A stretch of 64,000 bases of DNA from assembly GCA_030141605.1 (NCBI GenBank), contig JAQGDQ010000099.1, positions 17,194 through 81,193 of the forward strand, in the 5' to 3' direction. The stretch's first letter is position 1, and the number at the start of each line of letters is the position of its first letter. Below, piece after piece: positions 1-9,762 of the stretch. The notes under the pieces were generated by a model that worked only from the letters and a program-made list of their open reading frames with translations, made no database searches and was not told where the DNA came from. A program made the position numbers and the translations under genes. The stretch is from Tubiluchus corallicola. Its lineage: Eukaryota; Animalia; Priapulida.

Positions 1-1659
1 TTTTCTGTAGGTTTGGTCTTCCAGGTGAGATACATAGTGATCAAGGTCGCAATTTTGAGTCGCGTATTTTCCAGCAATGCTGTGAGTTACTGGACATAGT
101 GAAAACGCGAACTACCCCTTTAAATCCAAAAAGTGATGGTCTCGCAGAACGGTATGTACGCGTCATTTCTCGGCAATTAGCGCAGTTTTGCAGCACCCAT
201 CAGCGTGACTGGGACGTTAAATTACCTCTGTTTGTTTTTGCGTACAGGTCCGCAGAACATGAGTCGACAGGTTTCACTCCTGCAAAAGCAATGCTAGGCC
301 GTGAGCTTCGTCTTCCTTTGGACGTGCTTACAGGTCGTCCTCCCTCGGACACCCCTTCTTGCAACATAGTAGAGCATGTCAAACAACTTGAAAACAACTT
401 GTATGATGTTCATCATTTCATTCGTAACAACTTACGATTTTCTGGAGAAATAATGCGCAGACGTTATGCATGTCAAAGCCAAGACCCCCACGTTTTAAAC
501 TCCAGACTTAGTGTGGTTTTTCAATCCACAGTGCAAAATTGGACGGTCGCCAAAGCTGCAATTAGATTGGCAAGGACCATACGAAATCGTTAAGCAATTG
601 TCAGAAGTAGTTTTTCGCATACGCCTTCCAGGAGCAAAACGCTGCAAAGTCGTTCACGCAGACAGATTATGGCGGTATACACCTGCGCAAGGTTTTTCTT
701 GGGGTACTCCAGAAGTTCAGAGTACTTGCACGCAAGTAGATAGCCAAGCAACTAGTAATTACGAGTTTTCCGGGGACAGCAATGAGACTTCTTTAGTTGA
801 AGCTCCAGTTTCTTTTGGATTACCACCACCCCCATACTCTCCGCATAGAAGCAGCATCTCAGAATCGGAAGTAGAAACTGCATCGCGTTCACCTGCCTTT
901 GTGCCTGGTAGTGACAGCCTTTCTGCGCCTGCCCTGTCGCCCCAGCAAAGCCCTACTAGTGATTATTTCCCCAGCGACCGCATGGACGCTCCGTCTCCAC
1001 CTCCTTTATCACCCGTCCACCCAAGAACTTCTACTCCTAGAAAACCAGCTTCGCCTGGTCCATTAAGTCTGTTGTCGAATAATGACTCAGGGACTGAAGT
1101 CTCAGAAAGTGAGACTAGCTCTGCGACGAAGTCTTCTCAGAGAAGCCATAAAAATACACAGAGCGGAGTAGACAGTGGAGAAACCACTATTCTTTACGAA
1201 CTTATGGAATTCGATACGCAAAGTGAAGATGAAAATGACCCCTCATTAGCCCTCGTTACATTCTCTCCCCCTCTTATCCCGGACCAGGGCGATTCTATTC
1301 GTACCCCACCTCGCCTCACTCCCACTACCTTTTACGGAGCGGCAGCAACTGCTGATGACCCAGAGCCTTCTTCTAACGTTAGATCCTACCCTCGTAGAAA
1401 TCGCCTCCCTCCTACCAATCTTGGAAACTACATCTTTTATGATCCAACAGCTATTGGGACTCGGACTCGAGATGCTCGATTTGCTCGTCTACTCCGTGAA
1501 ACTGATGTACCACTAGAACCATGTATTTTGACAAACTGCCCCTGTCAGAAATTGTTTTCTGGTTCACCAAGCAATGACGTAAGCGATGCTACAAGCACTT
1601 TGTTGGAGCGAGCACCACCTCCACGCAGCATGTTTTACCTAAAAACTTACAACGATTAA
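1..1659 (+). pseudogene. pol: Frameshifted 3' part of Gypsy pol (integrase core and C-terminal tail)
   Basis: ORFs 99..593 and 511..1659 match pol of the intact copy. Three indels at about 468-505 (+1, +1, -1) give a net +1 frameshift just before the GPY motif. Confidence 0.85.
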
Positions 1660-3086
1660 AGTTTGGTACGCAACAAAACGCTTACACTCTATGCTAATTA
1701 TTCTCACGTCTTTACGTCACAGGATTTTGGGAATTGCCAACAAACTACTATTCAGCTGGATAAGATGATGCCGAAGTTATTAGTTGCTAAAATTTAGAAG
1801 AATGGAAGTGTCTAGTAAGCTACATGATTGTAAACTGTCTTATTTGTGTTTTATGACACTGGAACATGCAACGGTGTTAATGTTCTTAGTTTGATTATCT
1901 TTGAAACTTGAATTGCTTTCGCTAATCAATTGTTTTTTTGAATCGGCCTCATTTTAGCTTCCCAGCAGCACCTAGCCCATCGTACCCTCGGTGGACGTGA
2001 CTGACAGAGATCGAAGCCCGTTGGTAAAGTATTCGTTGATTAAAGGTAAAGTCAAATCTCACTCTTGACGACTTTCAGTGGTTGATCGTGAGACTGGGCT
2101 GTTATTCGTTTTTTTTTGTAATTATTGTTAATGCTATGCTATTTTGTTCCCTAGTGAATTGTTCTGTTGCCATTTAACAAGAAATTTGTATGAAAGAAAT
2201 TACTGTTATTTTAATGGTTGGTTAAAAAAGGAAAAAGAAATCCTGTTTATGTTGAAAAGAGTACGCTTGTCTTTTAAAACGTAATCTCGGCAATTGATGT
2301 TTCTCAAACATTCTTGTTTCAGTGCTGAATACAGCGCAAATCTGACTGCATTGAGTGAGACGTTCTTAAGTACATGTTCTTATGGAGAAACTTTATAAAT
2401 TTTTTTTAGCGTTGTGTTTAACGTTTATTTGTTTAATTTTGCTTCTGCAAGAGTTTAACTGCAGTTTGTTTCAGGATCCTGACCTTGAAGCAGTGCAGTG
2501 GAAACATTGAGTAATACCTCGTTTTAATTTTGCCCGTTGTCGATTTCTTGTAGCCATAGCCGTACCTACTTTGCACTGTCGCTGTCGTTATTGGGTATCT
2601 TAGCCAGATTGGTCTGCTTTCGTCTGATTACTAGATTGTTAGAAGGACCAATGGATAATTTCATTTATTCATTTTCTTTGCATAATTAGTTAGTTTTTGT
2701 TTGACTTGGTGCAAACTCATTTGCGACAATTTAACTTTCTATTTGCTACATTAAAGGAGCTGTAAACGTTAGTTGGTAACATTTTTCTCACACTTGTAAC
2801 AGCTATTAATTCGGTTGTTATCTGATTTACGAACAAATGTGACTTATTCTTACGTACGTTATGCTTTATAAACGAATTGTAATTATCAGTTTGGTTGTAT
2901 CTAATATTTCAGATGGCTTGTGTAATGAAGATTACTTTTGAACATTCAGAATTTATGTAACGTACGTGATTAGGTGTGAAATAAAGAAATGCCTGTACCG
3001 ATTTTTGTTTCCTTAGGTAATGAAGGGAGTTAGATGCATGGTGGACTAATTCGTCATTCTGCTAGCCCCTTTGAGCGAGAGGATAG

Positions 3087-3123
3087 TCCATTTGAGGACA
3101 AATGGAGGCTAAGAAGGGGGTAG
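3087..3123 (+). promoter_or_regulatory. Pre-PPT hairpin and polypurine tract
   Basis: An 8-bp stem TCCATTTG-agga-CAAATGGA (3087-3106) is followed by AAGAAGGGGG (3111-3120), 3 nt before the LTR TG. Repeated at about 11191-11227. Confidence 0.85.
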
Positions 3124-3434
3124 TGTTGCGGCCACGCTTAGTCAAGGTTAACTTTGCGCATGCGCAAAGTCACTTGCTATAAAAGCGGTGAGCACGTAGG
3201 TTACTACGTCTCTGTCGTGCTCACGTCCACCATGTGTGCTGCTCTTTTCAGTGCTTAACAGGATTGTCGTTTGGGGTAGGTACGGCGTAGTTTGAACCTG
3301 ATTATTTATCTTTTGTATTTCTTTCTCTGCACTCCGTCCTAGTGGAATGCAAAGCGCGCCAACGAAAGCTGACTGCTCAGCCGTCTTCGCGGCCCTCGAC
3401 CCCCTGGCAGCCCCCAGGGGAGGGCTCCGCAACA
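3124..3434 (+). repeat. LTR (311 bp) shared between the two tandem copies
   Basis: Ends TGTTGCGG...CCGCAACA form an 8-bp terminal inverted repeat. Preceded by a PPT and followed by a PBS. Differs from 11228-11539 at two positions seen (C/A and a 1-bp indel). Confidence 0.97.
3151..3184 (+). promoter_or_regulatory. LTR promoter: 20-bp palindrome with NRF1-type core plus TATA box
   Basis: Perfect palindrome ACTTTGCGCATGCGCAAAGT (3151-3170) containing TGCGCATGCGCA, and TATAAAA at 3178-3184. Confidence 0.6.
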
Positions 3435-5068
3435 CTGGTGTCGAAGTTGGGGATAAGAATTCACAGTCGGTCGAAAGGACAAGTCTAAGTGCATGTCTAG
3501 AAACTGCTTCTTGGGCTGATTCTTTAGATTCGTGTTCTGCTTCTTCTGTTAATTTGGCAAACCTAGCTAGCCAGCCTAGCCAAGTGGCCTATTTACCTTC
3601 GTCTGTTCCACGTCCGGTGTCTGTAGGTCACGCTAGCTTTCAAGACTCAGGCCTATCTTGTTCTACAGACCTGAGCAACCTAAATTTTATTTCGCAAGAA
3701 ATGCAAAACTTGTCTACGCGCATAAATAATCAGTTTTCACAATTTTCTGAGCTTAGTAATGTTATAGCTCAAAATCAAATGCGGAATGAAGCCCGTTTAG
3801 AAGACCTGTCAAGTGTAGTCGCAACACTTACACAGGCTTTTTCTCAGATCGCACCTAATTTTTCGGAGCGTCGCGGCCCAGTGGGGCCTGAACCTGGCCT
3901 TACACTGGTTAGGGAACCGGCTACGGTTCTCACCTCAAACGGTAATGATCCTGAACGTAATGGTTCATTCATTACTACAGATTGTGCGCATTCCCAGCGT
4001 CAAAATGCAGAACCGGCTACAGTGCCAAAAAACCCTACTGAACCGGTTACGCGCGTTCGCTTTCAAGCTCAGAGCGACAATGACCTTTCGCGAAATGACC
4101 CTGATATTTCCACATCTAGGTTCGATTCTCACTTGTCCAGCGGCACAGCAATAGAACAAACTAATTCGTTTTTACCTTTGCAAACAGCTTATAATAATTC
4201 TTGCACGAGTGGGGTTGCTAATAAAGAGTTTAAAGGGCTACCGCCTTATGATGGTGAAACAGTAACCTGGGAAAGCTATCGAGCTCAGTTTGAACTACTT
4301 AAGCAGATAAACTTATGGAATAACAGAGAAGCCGGGTTGCATTTAGCGTTAAAATTAAAAGGCAAAGCAGTTGGTGTTTTGGAAACGTTACCACCTGAGC
4401 AGCGCTCGGATTATTCAGTTCTTTCAAACGCTTTAAGTCGTAGATTTGGATGCCAAAATAGGGAAAGCGTGTACAGAGCGCATTATAACAGCCGCGTGCG
4501 TCAAACCAATGAAGATTTACGTCAGTATGCGGAACAATTGCGCGTGTTGTATCATCGCGCGTATCCTGCCGTGGATTTAAATTCTGCTGAACACCAACTT
4601 ACTTTAAAATTCATAGATGGTTTGGGAGACCCTGAACTAGCAATACACGTGCAACAAAGTTCACCCACCAATTTATCAGATGCTTTAGCATCAGCGCTTT
4701 CAATTGAATCCATTCGCCTTACTGCTAAACGTACAGCAGAACTTTCTGAAGCTGCCAAGCCGCGTAAACCTATGCTTAGAGCTCAACAACCTGTATCTGA
4801 TTCACGTTCAATTTCTTTTAGAAATGGCAAATTCGTATGCTATAATTGCGGAGGACATGGACATTTTGCAAAGCAATGTCCGTCTCCTGCACTTTCAGCG
4901 CAGGCCCAGCCTGGGCAATCGAGTCGGAAACCTGTAACATCAAATTTCGCGGGTCCAGAGAGAAAAAGGTCTCACCAGAGTCCAAATATGCAGAATAGCT
5001 CTAGTACTAATTTGAACCAATCGCGTCGCAGTACTGCTCGTCCTCACCATCCGCCACGTTTTCAATAG
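3347..5068 (+). CDS. gag: Gypsy Gag (capsid-like domain and CCHC zinc knuckle)
   Basis: 573-aa ORF with a capsid-type segment (LPPYDGETVTWESYRAQFE...W...L...LKGKA) and the zinc knuckle CYNCGGHGHFAKQC. The first ATG lies inside the LTR; the true start may be the ATG at 3701. Confidence 0.9.
   Translation: MQSAPTKADCSAVFAALDPLAAPRGGLRNTGVEVGDKNSQSVERTSLSACLETASWADSLDSCSASSVNLANLASQPSQVAYLPSSVPRPVSVGHASFQDSGLSCSTDLSNLNFISQEMQNLSTRINNQFSQFSELSNVIAQNQMRNEARLEDLSSVVATLTQAFSQIAPNFSERRGPVGPEPGLTLVREPATVLTSNGNDPERNGSFITTDCAHSQRQNAEPATVPKNPTEPVTRVRFQAQSDNDLSRNDPDISTSRFDSHLSSGTAIEQTNSFLPLQTAYNNSCTSGVANKEFKGLPPYDGETVTWESYRAQFELLKQINLWNNREAGLHLALKLKGKAVGVLETLPPEQRSDYSVLSNALSRRFGCQNRESVYRAHYNSRVRQTNEDLRQYAEQLRVLYHRAYPAVDLNSAEHQLTLKFIDGLGDPELAIHVQQSSPTNLSDALASALSIESIRLTAKRTAELSEAAKPRKPMLRAQQPVSDSRSISFRNGKFVCYNCGGHGHFAKQCPSPALSAQAQPGQSSRKPVTSNFAGPERKRSHQSPNMQNSSSTNLNQSRRSTARPHHPPRFQ
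3436..3454 (+). promoter_or_regulatory. Primer binding site, tRNA-Leu-like (imperfect)
   Basis: TGGTGTCGAAGTTGGGGAT lies 1 nt after the LTR. It resembles the tRNA-Leu complement TGGTGTCAGAAGTGGGAT with small indels. Confidence 0.7.
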
Positions 5069-5181
5069 CGGGTGGAAGGAGACCGAGGCAACCATTCACC
5101 CGCCGGAATAAAACCGCCTCTAAGCGTCAAGTTAAACCAGAACTGCGCTATGCAAACAGTCCCATTAATTTTTCCGATGGC

Positions 5182-8100
5182 TTGTATGTGGCCGGATCCA
5201 TAAATGGCAGGGTCTGCCGAATACTGGTTGACACTGGAGCCACACATACGACAGTGCAGTCAGAGCTTGTTACTAATAGGCAAAAGCCTCTTTTTAAGCA
5301 AAAAGCCGTTGGTGTAACGGGAACATTTCTTGATTTACATGGTCCTGTTAAAATTTCGCTTAAACTTGGTGCAAATTCAGTGCAGTGGTCAGGCACAACT
5401 GATGTTTGGCTGACTGATAGTCTTGTTGGTGAAGACTGCATTTTGGGCCTTGATTGGCTAAATAAACACCAGGCAGTTGTTGATGTAGGCCAAAAATGCC
5501 TTACGTTTGCAGATGGTCGCATTGTTAAACTTTCGCTATTGCCAGGCGGTTGTACTGAAATTGCAAACATGCGTCGTGTTAAAATTCCTGCTTTTTCCGA
5601 AGCTATTGTAGAGGGTAGACCTGTGGTACCATTGCCACACTGTTTAGGCATGGTTAGTCGTGGAAACCAGCCATACCGTGCAGATGGCTTATTTACAGGT
5701 CGTGTGACCACTCCGCCAGGTGCCCCTACTATTAAAACTGTGGTAGCAAATGTTTCAAACAAACCAATAACGCTTTTTGAAAATGAAACAGTTGGTCAAT
5801 GGGAATTTGTTAACAGCATTGAACAGCCTTTGAAACTAGCTTCTTTAAAACCTAGAAACGGGGTTCGTACTAAACCTGAAGTTTCTGAAAGTTCACTGCC
5901 TGAACCAGTTCGAGATTTATTAAACCGTAGCAAAGAAAACTTGTCAAAAACTCAGTTTAAAAAGCTGCAAAACTTCCTGCAGAAAAATAATGATTTGTTC
6001 GCGTCTGGGCCTTATGACCTCGGACATACTAACATCGTACAGCACCGCATTAATACGGGCACCCATCCACCTATCAAGGCACAGCCTAGGCGACTAGGCC
6101 AAGCCCAGCGTGAGCAACTTGATCAGGCGATGGATGAGATGCGTGCGCAAGGGGTGATAGAAAGATCATATAGCCCCTGGTCATCTGCGGTCGTACTGGT
6201 ACGAAAAAAAGATGGTGGTACACGCTGTTGTGTGGATTATAGGTCCCTCAACACGATAACAGTAAAGGATAATTATCCATTACCGCGTATTGACGATTCA
6301 ATAGACGCGTTGTCCGGTGCTGAGTGGTTTTCCACTCTGGATTTAAAATCCGGATACCACCAAGTGGAAATGGCACCAGACGATAAAGAGAAAACCGCGT
6401 TCATTACGCACCAAGGCCTTTGGCAATTTAAATCAATGCCCTTTGGCTTATCAAACGCGCCAGCGACCTTTGAACGCTTAATGGAACAGGTCCTGGCAGG
6501 ACTTCATTGGCGTACGGTTTTAATTTATCTAGACGACGTCATTGTTTATGGCCGTACGTTTGATGAACATTTATTACGACTTCAAGAAGTTTTTGAGCGA
6601 TTTCGGTTAGCTGGCCTTAAACTCAATGCAAAAAAGTGCACGCTTGTGCAAAAACAAGTGCTGTACTTAGGCCATATAGTCAGCAGTGTCGGAGTTCAAA
6701 CCGATCCGGCTAAAACGGAAGCCGTTGCAAAGTGGCCTCGGCCCACTAACATTTCCGAGCTTCGCAGTTTTTTAGGTCTTTGTACTTATTACCGACGCTT
6801 TATTCAAAATTTTGCTAATGTTGCTAGTCCTCTTTATCAACTTACGCGGAAGAATCAATCTTTTGTTTGGCAAACTAGCCAGCAACGTTCATTTGAGCGT
6901 CTAAAAAACTTGTTGACAAGCGCACCAATTCTAGCATACCCCCAGTTTGATAAGCAATTCATTCTGGACACTGACGCCAGCAGTGTCGCTGTCGGAGCTG
7001 TCTTGTCACAATTACAAGGAGAGGAGGAGCATGTAATCGCGTATTATAGCCAGGTTCTTTCACCAGCAGAGCAAAATTACTGTGCTACGCGGCGCGAACT
7101 GTTAGCAGTAATAAAGGCAGTGAATCACTTGCATCACTACCTGTACGGGCGCCAGTTTTTAATACGGACTGATCATGCTGCCTTGCGCTGGCTTCGATCT
7201 TTGAAGAAGCCAGAAGGTCAGCTTGCCCGCTGGTTGGGAAAGCTGGACCAGTATGATTATTCCATAGAGCACAGGTCTGGCAAAAACCACAACAATGCAG
7301 ATGCTCTCTCTCGCAGGCCTTGTGAGGCTGAATGTAAATTTTGTTCAAGTAAATGTACAGAATCCACTGAATCGGAAAATGAATTCGTACTAAACCCAAA
7401 AGAGCTACACGAACATTGTTTAGCAAGCGCGGAAACCTTTGTGGATTCCAAACGCGCAAAAATCGCGAGGGCAGGAACTACGCTTCGCGATATAAACTTA
7501 GATTTTGCTCACGAACAAGCTGAAGATAGGGACATAGCCCCTATTCTTGGCTTTTTGCAAACTACTGAGCAACAGCCACCTTGGGAACAAATTTCTGCAT
7601 TGAGTCCAGAAACCAAGGCGCTCTGGCAACAATGGGGAGCCTTGCGTGTTGAAAATGGCATTGTTCAGCGCCGCTGGGAGTCTCCTCAGGTAAACATTTT
7701 ACGTTATCAGTGGATTGTTCCCCGCAATTTTCGGGAAAGCCTACTGACTGGTTTTCACAGTAACGCATCTGCTGGTCATTTTGGCCAAAATAAGACCTTT
7801 GCAAAACTTCGTGAACGTTATTTTTGGCCAGGAATGCGAAATGATGTTAAGTTGTGGATCCGCTCTTGCCATGAATGTTGTGGCAAAAAAGGACCACAAA
7901 GAAAGCCAAGAGCACCTCTGCAAATGTATCGCGTGGGCGCTCCAATGGAGCGAATTGCAATTGACATTGCAGGTCCTTTTGTACGTTCAGACTTAGGCAA
8001 CAAGTACATTCTAATTGCAATTGACTACTTCACAAAGTGGCCTGAGGTTTTTGCTATACCGAACCAAGAGGCCGAAACTGTTGCCTCAGTCCTAGTGAAC

Positions 8101-9762
8101 GAGTTTTTCTGTAGGTTTGGTCTTCCAGGTGAGATACATAGTGATCAAGGTCGCAATTTTGAGTCGCGTATTTTCCAGCAATGCTGTGAGTTACTGGACA
8201 TAGTGAAAACGCGAACTACCCCTTTAAATCCAAAAAGTGATGGTCTCGCAGAACGGTATGTACGCGTCATTTCTCGGCAATTAGCGCAGTTTTGCAGCAC
8301 CCATCAGCGTGACTGGGACGTTAAATTACCTCTGTTTGTTTTTGCGTACAGGTCCGCAGAACATGAGTCGACAGGTTTCACTCCTGCAAAAGCAATGCTA
8401 GGCCGTGAGCTTCGTCTTCCTTTGGACTTGCTTACAGGTCGTCCTCCCTCGGACACCCCTTCTTGCAACATAGTAGAACATGTCAAACAACTTGAAAACA
8501 ACTTGTATGATGTTCATCATTTCATTCGTAACAACTTACGATTTTCTGGAGAAACAATGCGCAGACGTTATGACGTCAAAGCCAAGACCCCACGTTTTAA
8601 ACCTGGTGACTTAGTGTGGTTTTTCAATCCACAGCGCAAAATTGGACGGTCGCCAAAGTTGCAATTAGATTGGCAAGGACCATACGAAATCGTTAAGCAA
8701 TTGTCAGAAGTAGTTTTTCGCATACGCCTTCCAGGAGCAAAACGCTGCAAAGTCGTTCACGCAGACAGATTATGGCGGTATACACCTGCGCAAGGTTTTT
8801 CTTGGGGTACTCCAGAAGTTCAGAGTACTTGCACGCAAGTAGATAGCCAAGCAACTAGTAATTACGAGTTTTCCGGGGACAGCAATGAGACTTCTTTAGT
8901 TGAAGCTCCAGTTTCTTTTGGATTACCACCACCCCCATACTCTCCGCATAGAAGCAGCATCTCAGAATCGGAAGTAGAAACTGCATCGCGTTCACCTGCC
9001 TTTGTGCCTGGTAGTGACAGCCTTTCTGCGCCTGCCCTGTCGCCCCAGCAAAGCCCTACTAGTGATTATTTCCCCAGCGACCGCATGGAAGCTCCGTCTC
9101 CACCTCCTTTATCACCCGTCCACCCAAGAACTTCTACTCCTAGAAAACCAGCTTCGCCTGGTCCATTAAGTCTGTTGTCGAGTAATGACACAGAGACTGA
9201 AGTCTCAGAAAGTGAGACTAGCTCTGCAACGAAGTCTTCTCAGAGAAGCCATAAAAATACACAGAGCGGAGTAGATAGTGGAGAAACCACTATTCTTTAC
9301 GAACTTATGGAATTCGATACGCAAAGTGAAGACGAAAATGACCCCTCATTAGCCCACGTTACATCCTCTCCCCCTCTTATCCCGGACCAGGGCGATTCTA
9401 TTCGTACCCCACCTTGCCTCACTCCCACTACCTTTTACGGAGCGGCAGCAACTGCTGATGACCCAGAGCCTTCTTCTAACGTTAGATCCTACCCTCGTAG
9501 AAATCGTCTCCCTCCCACCAATCTTGGAAACTACATCTTTTATGATCCAACAGCTATTGGGACACGGACTCGAGATGCTCGATTTGCTCGTCTACTCCGT
9601 GAAACTGATGTACCACTAGAACCATGTATTTTGACAAACTGCCCCTGTCAGAAATTGTTTTCTGGTTCACCAAGCAACGACGTAAGCGATGCTACAAGCA
9701 CTTTGTTGGAACGAGCACCACCTTCACGCAGCATGTTTTACCTAAAAACTTACAACGATTAA
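5182..9762 (+). CDS. pol: Gypsy Pol polyprotein (protease, RT, RNase H, integrase, long S/P-rich tail); frame open from 5011, -1 relative to gag
   Basis: Protease LVDTGA; RT MPFGL and YLDD; RNase H DTDAS, RELLAV, TDH, ADALSR; integrase HHCC plus IDI, SDQG and GLAER (D,D,E); GPY module. Confidence 0.97.
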   Translation: MYVAGSINGRVCRILVDTGATHTTVQSELVTNRQKPLFKQKAVGVTGTFLDLHGPVKISLKLGANSVQWSGTTDVWLTDSLVGEDCILGLDWLNKHQAVVDVGQKCLTFADGRIVKLSLLPGGCTEIANMRRVKIPAFSEAIVEGRPVVPLPHCLGMVSRGNQPYRADGLFTGRVTTPPGAPTIKTVVANVSNKPITLFENETVGQWEFVNSIEQPLKLASLKPRNGVRTKPEVSESSLPEPVRDLLNRSKENLSKTQFKKLQNFLQKNNDLFASGPYDLGHTNIVQHRINTGTHPPIKAQPRRLGQAQREQLDQAMDEMRAQGVIERSYSPWSSAVVLVRKKDGGTRCCVDYRSLNTITVKDNYPLPRIDDSIDALSGAEWFSTLDLKSGYHQVEMAPDDKEKTAFITHQGLWQFKSMPFGLSNAPATFERLMEQVLAGLHWRTVLIYLDDVIVYGRTFDEHLLRLQEVFERFRLAGLKLNAKKCTLVQKQVLYLGHIVSSVGVQTDPAKTEAVAKWPRPTNISELRSFLGLCTYYRRFIQNFANVASPLYQLTRKNQSFVWQTSQQRSFERLKNLLTSAPILAYPQFDKQFILDTDASSVAVGAVLSQLQGEEEHVIAYYSQVLSPAEQNYCATRRELLAVIKAVNHLHHYLYGRQFLIRTDHAALRWLRSLKKPEGQLARWLGKLDQYDYSIEHRSGKNHNNADALSRRPCEAECKFCSSKCTESTESENEFVLNPKELHEHCLASAETFVDSKRAKIARAGTTLRDINLDFAHEQAEDRDIAPILGFLQTTEQQPPWEQISALSPETKALWQQWGALRVENGIVQRRWESPQVNILRYQWIVPRNFRESLLTGFHSNASAGHFGQNKTFAKLRERYFWPGMRNDVKLWIRSCHECCGKKGPQRKPRAPLQMYRVGAPMERIAIDIAGPFVRSDLGNKYILIAIDYFTKWPEVFAIPNQEAETVASVLVNEFFCRFGLPGEIHSDQGRNFESRIFQQCCELLDIVKTRTTPLNPKSDGLAERYVRVISRQLAQFCSTHQRDWDVKLPLFVFAYRSAEHESTGFTPAKAMLGRELRLPLDLLTGRPPSDTPSCNIVEHVKQLENNLYDVHHFIRNNLRFSGETMRRRYDVKAKTPRFKPGDLVWFFNPQRKIGRSPKLQLDWQGPYEIVKQLSEVVFRIRLPGAKRCKVVHADRLWRYTPAQGFSWGTPEVQSTCTQVDSQATSNYEFSGDSNETSLVEAPVSFGLPPPPYSPHRSSISESEVETASRSPAFVPGSDSLSAPALSPQQSPTSDYFPSDRMEAPSPPPLSPVHPRTSTPRKPASPGPLSLLSSNDTETEVSESETSSATKSSQRSHKNTQSGVDSGETTILYELMEFDTQSEDENDPSLAHVTSSPPLIPDQGDSIRTPPCLTPTTFYGAAATADDPEPSSNVRSYPRRNRLPPTNLGNYIFYDPTAIGTRTRDARFARLLRETDVPLEPCILTNCPCQKLFSGSPSNDVSDATSTLLERAPPSRSMFYLKTYND

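Larger units (their letters stand above)
1..3434 (+). mobile_element. Ty3/Gypsy LTR retrotransposon, upstream tandem copy (5' part outside the window; ends in the shared LTR)
   Basis: Bases 1-3434 repeat 8105-11539 at roughly 99% identity by eye. Includes the 3' part of the integrase core, the S/P-rich pol tail, the long 3' non-coding region, PPT and LTR. Confidence 0.95.

Noticed and set aside
1660-3123. env gene or extra ORF in the Gypsy 3' region
   Set aside because: No ORF of 60 aa or more on either strand in either copy, and a trial splice from the pol tail hit a stop within 25 codons.
3148-3435. Antisense ORF across the LTR (also 11274..11573)
   Set aside because: No ATG start or recognisable domain, and the 1-bp LTR indel changes its frame between copies.
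5148-5762. 204-aa antisense ORF opposite the protease
   Set aside because: No recognisable motifs; consistent with a shadow of the pol frame.
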